Shown here: in pieces, positions 27,920 through 32,000 of the stretch | Layout: each line of letters begins with the position of its first letter | Position numbering within the stretch: position 1 is the stretch's first letter | Assembly (NCBI GenBank): GCA_934246625.1 | Contig: CAKQHZ010000001.1 | Span: forward strand, 390,001-422,000 | DNA: 32,000 bases | Reading direction: 5' to 3' | From: an uncultured Alphaproteobacteria bacterium | GTDB lineage: Bacteria > Pseudomonadota > Alphaproteobacteria > Rs-D84 > CACZYB01 | The notes under the pieces: model-generated | Told to the model about the DNA's origin: nothing | What the model saw: only the letters and a program-made list of their open reading frames with translations | The model's database searches: none | Made by a program: the position numbers and the translations under genes

Positions 27920-28167
27920 TATAATTCTTCCTTTATTGTGCCTTGTTTATCCTTATAACGGAAAGTGATACGACCCTTTGTTAAATCGTATGGGGTCATT
28001 TCGATGTTAACAACATCACCAACCATAACCCAAATTCTGAACTTTCTCATTTTACCAGCGGTATGAGCAATAACGGTATGTCCGTTTTCAAGTTCGACTT
28101 TGAACATTGCATTTGGAAGTTTATCTATAACTGTTCCTTTGAATTCTAGTAATTCTTCTTTATCCAT
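27919..28167 (-). CDS. infA: translation initiation factor IF-1
   Basis: [62 protein letters not shown] is near-canonical IF-1, with a C-terminal tail of about 10 aa. Confidence 0.93.
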   Translation of the reverse strand: MDKEELLEFKGTVIDKLPNAMFKVELENGHTVIAHTAGKMRKFRIWVMVGDVVNIEMTPYDLTKGRITFRYKDKQGTIKEEL

Positions 28168-28252
28168 AAAATCACCTTTTTTGTTGTTTTTATTCTTTGT
28201 TTTTTATATATTATAAACCTAAGAAGATTAAAATTGCAACAAGGATTTAAAA

Positions 28253-29206
28253 ATGACTTATTTGGATTATTTTCATTTCGATAAAGAACCTTTTCCAACA
28301 ACAACTTTTAATAACTATATTTATGAAAATAAAGGACAATTTAAAATTATTGATGATATAGTTAATTCTATTAGATTTAACTCTGGTATTTATTCAATTA
28401 TTGGCTCTGAAGGTGTTGGAAAAACCTTTGTTTTACGACAAATTCAACAAAACCTTAAAAATAACGATATAGTGGTTTTCATATCTGCAAATGAAAATTT
28501 AGATATTTTAAAAACTATAAACGACCAAATAACTTTTGCATCAAAAAAACAAAATGTAGAAGATATTTTTCAAATAATTTCCAAATATTACAAAAAGGGT
28601 CAAAATATTATCTTTCTTATTGATAATATGCAAAACTTAGATAAAAAACAAATCACAAATTTGACTGCATTGATAGATGTTTTGCCATATTTAAAAATTG
28701 TTGCAACTGGTGATAAGTCATTAAAAAAACTTTTTAATAATAAGAAATATAAAATCCTTAAAACAAAAATGGTAAAGCAATATAAACTTTCATACCTTTC
28801 ATTTACAAAGGCAATGAAGTATATAAACTCTATTTCTGTTGATGCGTTGTCATTAAGCCAATATAAAAAAGTCATCGGATTTTTGCCAAGAGCTTTTATT
28901 TCATATATATCCAACAGAAATATTAAAAATATCAATTTTATTACAACCGAAGCTATAAAAAAAGCGTATGAAAATAAAAATAAAGTTGTAAAAATCAAAG
29001 ATGTTTATGATGTGGCAAAAACAAATTTTCATATTGTGAAGGAAAATATCTATCTTAAATTTCAAAAGATTTTCTTTTGGATTTTGGTTGTGGTTTCAAT
29101 GTATTTTTGCTTTAAACTTTTTGCGGATAGAAACTATCTTCTTCAAAAAATAGAAGTTGAAAAATCTCTTGATAAACAAGAAAAAAGTTTTGAAAAACTA
29201 CACTAA
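28253..29206 (+). CDS. ExeA/GspA-like AAA ATPase with a C-terminal membrane anchor
   Basis: The N-terminus YLDYFHFDKEPFPTT is typical of the ExeA family. Walker A is GSEGVGKT. The Walker B position reads IIFLIDN (DN instead of DE). One TM helix (IFFWILVVVSMYFCFKLF) near the C-terminus. No peptidoglycan-binding domain. Confidence 0.6.
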   Translation: MTYLDYFHFDKEPFPTTTFNNYIYENKGQFKIIDDIVNSIRFNSGIYSIIGSEGVGKTFVLRQIQQNLKNNDIVVFISANENLDILKTINDQITFASKKQNVEDIFQIISKYYKKGQNIIFLIDNMQNLDKKQITNLTALIDVLPYLKIVATGDKSLKKLFNNKKYKILKTKMVKQYKLSYLSFTKAMKYINSISVDALSLSQYKKVIGFLPRAFISYISNRNIKNINFITTEAIKKAYENKNKVVKIKDVYDVAKTNFHIVKENIYLKFQKIFFWILVVVSMYFCFKLFADRNYLLQKIEVEKSLDKQEKSFEKLH

Positions 29207-30834
29207 TATTTCATTGATTTAAGTTTATTATAAACTTCACTATTTCCAATTATTTTTGTTGCAATAGTAATTGGAAGTTTTTGTATATCCTTAAGTGGAT
29301 AAAGTGCAGGACAAGTTTTTCTTACCCTTTCAATATCTGTATTTGATGGAGTTGCTAAAAATCTTTCACGATTATCCTTGAACTTTCCATCCTTTACATT
29401 TGAAATAAATATATCTATATCAGAATCAGTTTTGAAACTTGAAAGACAAACAAGTGGTATTACCCCAACCTTATTTAAAACATAATCGTTTGGTGATACA
29501 ACTTGTTTTGTTGTAAATGTTATTTGGGCTTTATTCGGTAAATCAAAAGTTTCCTTAACTGTGCCATTTCCAAATGTTGGTGAACCAATCAAAACTGCAC
29601 GTCCCATTGATTGAAGTATAAATGCAAAGATTTCAGCTTCTGCTTTTGTAGTATTATCCGCAATTATAACAATAGGTTTGTCGTTTAAAATATCACCACT
29701 TTTTGCGGTATAGGATTGATTTTTATTTGAACCAAGACCCTTTGTTTTAAGAATTTCACCACCATTTATAAATAAATTTGCCATTTCAACAGCTTCGGTA
29801 AAATCGCCACCACCACTCGCACGCAAATCAATAATTAAACCATCTGCCTTTGATTTAACCTTATCAATACTATCTTTTAATTCATAAGATGATTTTGGTT
29901 TAAAATTCATAATTGAAATTACTGGAACTTTTGGATTTGCAATATCAACATATATTGATGGAACAATAACCTTGTTTCGTTTTACATAAACTTCATCTGT
30001 TTGACCACTTATGTAAGAAATATAGTTTATATGCACAATTTCAGATATATCATTATTGAACGTTGCTTCTATCTCTTCGTCTTTTAATTTTGATACAGGA
30101 ACAGTATTCAAATGTGTGATTAAATCACCCTCCACTATATTTGTATGATATAAAGGCGAATCGTTAATAATGCTTAATACTTGAAGTCCATAAGGTGTTC
30201 TTCTGTATGTAAAACCAAGAATATGTGAGTTGTATTCATTTTTCTTTTTAAGCAAACTTATATTATCACTATACTTTGCATTTTCATCTAAACTTTTAAG
30301 TAAATATGTGGAAGTAAGATAGTAAATTTGTTCTGGATGAACATTTTTTACACCTTGATTTATCTCCCTTAATGATAAAATAACATTTACAATTAAATTT
30401 GCCCAAGCACGAGTATCTCCTTCAACTGGAGTATTAAAATTACCTATTAACTTTAGGTTCTTATCATGCACAAGAACTCTAGTATTCGCAATAGTAATAT
30501 CTAATTTACCATAAAAGCCTGATAAACCTTCTAAAACATAATTCAACATTTTAACATAAGGTATGTCATACACAAAATTATCTGATAATGTTTGAAGAAG
30601 TGCTGTGTAAAAATCAGATGCTTGTTGAATTGAAAAATTATCAACTATATCAGTTCCATTTAACCAATATTCGTATTTATTATATGAATACTTTTGTCTG
30701 TCTTCCTTTGATATAGGGATTATTTCAACTGATTTAGTATTTTTTACTACAGAGGGAACTGTATTTGCAAAAACCATAGAAGGCATTAAAAATGCTCCTA
30801 TAATTAACTTTACAAAAAACTTTCTTCCCCCCAT
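29203..30834 (-). CDS. S41-family (C-terminal processing peptidase-like) protein, catalytic residues apparently substituted
   Basis: Signal peptide, a PDZ-like segment (GDLITHLNTVPV) and the S41 core IIDLRASGGGDF...VIIADNTTKAEAEIFAFILQSMGRAVLIGSPTFGNGTVKE. TKAEAE replaces SASASE and GNG replaces GKG. Confidence 0.7.
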   Translation of the reverse strand: MGGRKFFVKLIIGAFLMPSMVFANTVPSVVKNTKSVEIIPISKEDRQKYSYNKYEYWLNGTDIVDNFSIQQASDFYTALLQTLSDNFVYDIPYVKMLNYVLEGLSGFYGKLDITIANTRVLVHDKNLKLIGNFNTPVEGDTRAWANLIVNVILSLREINQGVKNVHPEQIYYLTSTYLLKSLDENAKYSDNISLLKKKNEYNSHILGFTYRRTPYGLQVLSIINDSPLYHTNIVEGDLITHLNTVPVSKLKDEEIEATFNNDISEIVHINYISYISGQTDEVYVKRNKVIVPSIYVDIANPKVPVISIMNFKPKSSYELKDSIDKVKSKADGLIIDLRASGGGDFTEAVEMANLFINGGEILKTKGLGSNKNQSYTAKSGDILNDKPIVIIADNTTKAEAEIFAFILQSMGRAVLIGSPTFGNGTVKETFDLPNKAQITFTTKQVVSPNDYVLNKVGVIPLVCLSSFKTDSDIDIFISNVKDGKFKDNRERFLATPSNTDIERVRKTCPALYPLKDIQKLPITIATKIIGNSEVYNKLKSMKY

Positions 30835-30845
30835 ATATAATTCCT

Positions 30846-31739
30846 TTATTTTATTCGTGATTTGTTAAATAAAAGCAATGATGATGTTGATAAAAACATT
30901 GAAGAGTAAGTTCCAATGATTATACCAAATAACATAATTGCAGAAAAGCCACGTAAAACTTCACCACCAAACAAATAAATTGCAAGAACGGCAAATATTG
31001 TTGTCATTCCAGTCAAAATTGTTCGTGAAAATGTTTCATTGATTGAAAGGTCTACAACATCACTTAATGACTTTGATTTATATTTTTTAAGATTTTCTCT
31101 TACTCTATCATAAATAACAACTGTATCGTTAATTGAATAACCTGCAAGTGTTAAAAGTGCAGCAAGTGTTGTTAAATCAAATTCTATACCTGTAATACAT
31201 AACATTGCCAAAGCCAACAAGACATCGTGCAAAAGTGAAAGTCCAGCGCCAACTGCAAATGGCAATTCAAATCTTATCCATATATAAATAGAAATTACAA
31301 GAATTGAAAGAAGAACGGCTAATGTTCCATTTTTAACCAAATCTGCACCAACCTTTGGTCCAACAATTTGTGTATTTCTGTATTCAACTGTTTCACCCAA
31401 AATATTTTTTACTGATACCAAATCAGATGTGATTTCGGTTTCGGTTTTATGTCCCTGTGGAAGATAGATTGAAACAACATCACCTGTTTCACCTTGGGAT
31501 TGAATTTGTGGTGAAAAAGATTTTAATTCTTCACGTAAATTTTCTATATTTGCCGGTGTTTTTGTTTTGATTTCCAATAATACACCGCCAGAAAAGTCAA
31601 TACCATAATTAAATGGTTTTATAAATAATGTAATTATTGATGCAAGTGAAAATAAGCATGCAATACTTACAAAAAAGATATTTCTTTTCATTATATTAAA
31701 ATGTGTTTGTATTGGAACAACCTTGATAAGTTTAAACAT
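30846..31739 (-). CDS. secF: protein translocase subunit SecF
   Basis: Six-TM SecF topology with GIDFSGG, FELPFAVGAGLSLLHDV and YDRVRENL motifs. Length 297 aa. Confidence 0.88.
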   Translation of the reverse strand: MFKLIKVVPIQTHFNIMKRNIFFVSIACLFSLASIITLFIKPFNYGIDFSGGVLLEIKTKTPANIENLREELKSFSPQIQSQGETGDVVSIYLPQGHKTETEITSDLVSVKNILGETVEYRNTQIVGPKVGADLVKNGTLAVLLSILVISIYIWIRFELPFAVGAGLSLLHDVLLALAMLCITGIEFDLTTLAALLTLAGYSINDTVVIYDRVRENLKKYKSKSLSDVVDLSINETFSRTILTGMTTIFAVLAIYLFGGEVLRGFSAIMLFGIIIGTYSSMFLSTSSLLLFNKSRIK

Positions 31740-31750
31740 AGCAACTTCCT

Positions 31751-32000
31751 TTACTCTATTATCTTTGGAACTGTAAAATATTCACCTTCGTCATCAGGAG
31801 CAGGTGCATTTTCAAGAACCTGTTCACGTGTATTGTCTATACTTACTGTATCAATACGACGAGGAAGTGGGTGATCCGCAACAGAATTAAGTGGTTCAAC
31901 ACCATCAACATTTACGTCATCAAGCCCCTCTATCCATTCAATAACATTTTCAAGTTCACCAACCATTTTTTCAGCCATTTCGTCAGTCATACCGATACGA
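31751..32000 (-). CDS. gatC: Asp-tRNA(Asn)/Glu-tRNA(Gln) amidotransferase subunit C, 5'-partial at window edge
   Basis: ELENVIEWIEGLDDVNVDGVEPL...LPRRIDTV...NAP...EGEYFTVPKIIE matches the GatC C-terminal two-thirds. The frame stays open to base 32000, so the start lies beyond the window. Confidence 0.8.
   Translation of the reverse strand, partial: RIGMTDEMAEKMVGELENVIEWIEGLDDVNVDGVEPLNSVADHPLPRRIDTVSIDNTREQVLENAPAPDDEGEYFTVPKIIE

Overview
Low-GC alphaproteobacterial chromosome segment. Hand counts give about 19-25% GC in poorly conserved genes and about 37-41% in conserved ones. The gene set points to an intracellular Rickettsiales/Holosporales-like lineage: alpha-type AddB, a Tim44-like gene next to secB, CarD, RpoH, a short ProRS without the INS domain, Pal and RlpA. 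About 40 tightly packed genes are present and nearly all are housekeeping: rlpA, uppP, carD, fpr, greA, rpoH, xerD, a J-domain protein, a Dpm1-like GT2, gyrB, nth, dnaG, thrS, pal, frr-uppS-cdsA, addB, Tim44-like, secB, plsC, a MazG-like gene, proS, infA, secF and gatC, plus one tRNA-Glu(CUC). I saw no CRISPR array, transposase, integrase, phage gene or rRNA. The content that looks non-housekeeping is: (1) a tandem pair of secreted cysteine-rich proteins (8990-10182) with eukaryote-style CxxC-P-x-G-x-Y repeats, unusually G/C-rich codons across the junction of the two genes, and GC-rich structured leaders; (2) an S41 (Ctp/Prc-like) peptidase homolog whose Ser/Asp/Lys catalytic positions all appear substituted, convergent with and overlapping an ExeA-like membrane-anchored AAA ATPase that has a degenerate Walker B; (3) a small Cys-rich ORF translationally coupled between infA and proS; (4) a MazG-like paralog lacking the acidic metal ligands; (5) a 5'-partial orphan membrane protein next to the tRNA. 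All functional calls come from reading the translated ORFs against remembered family motifs. No database search was possible.
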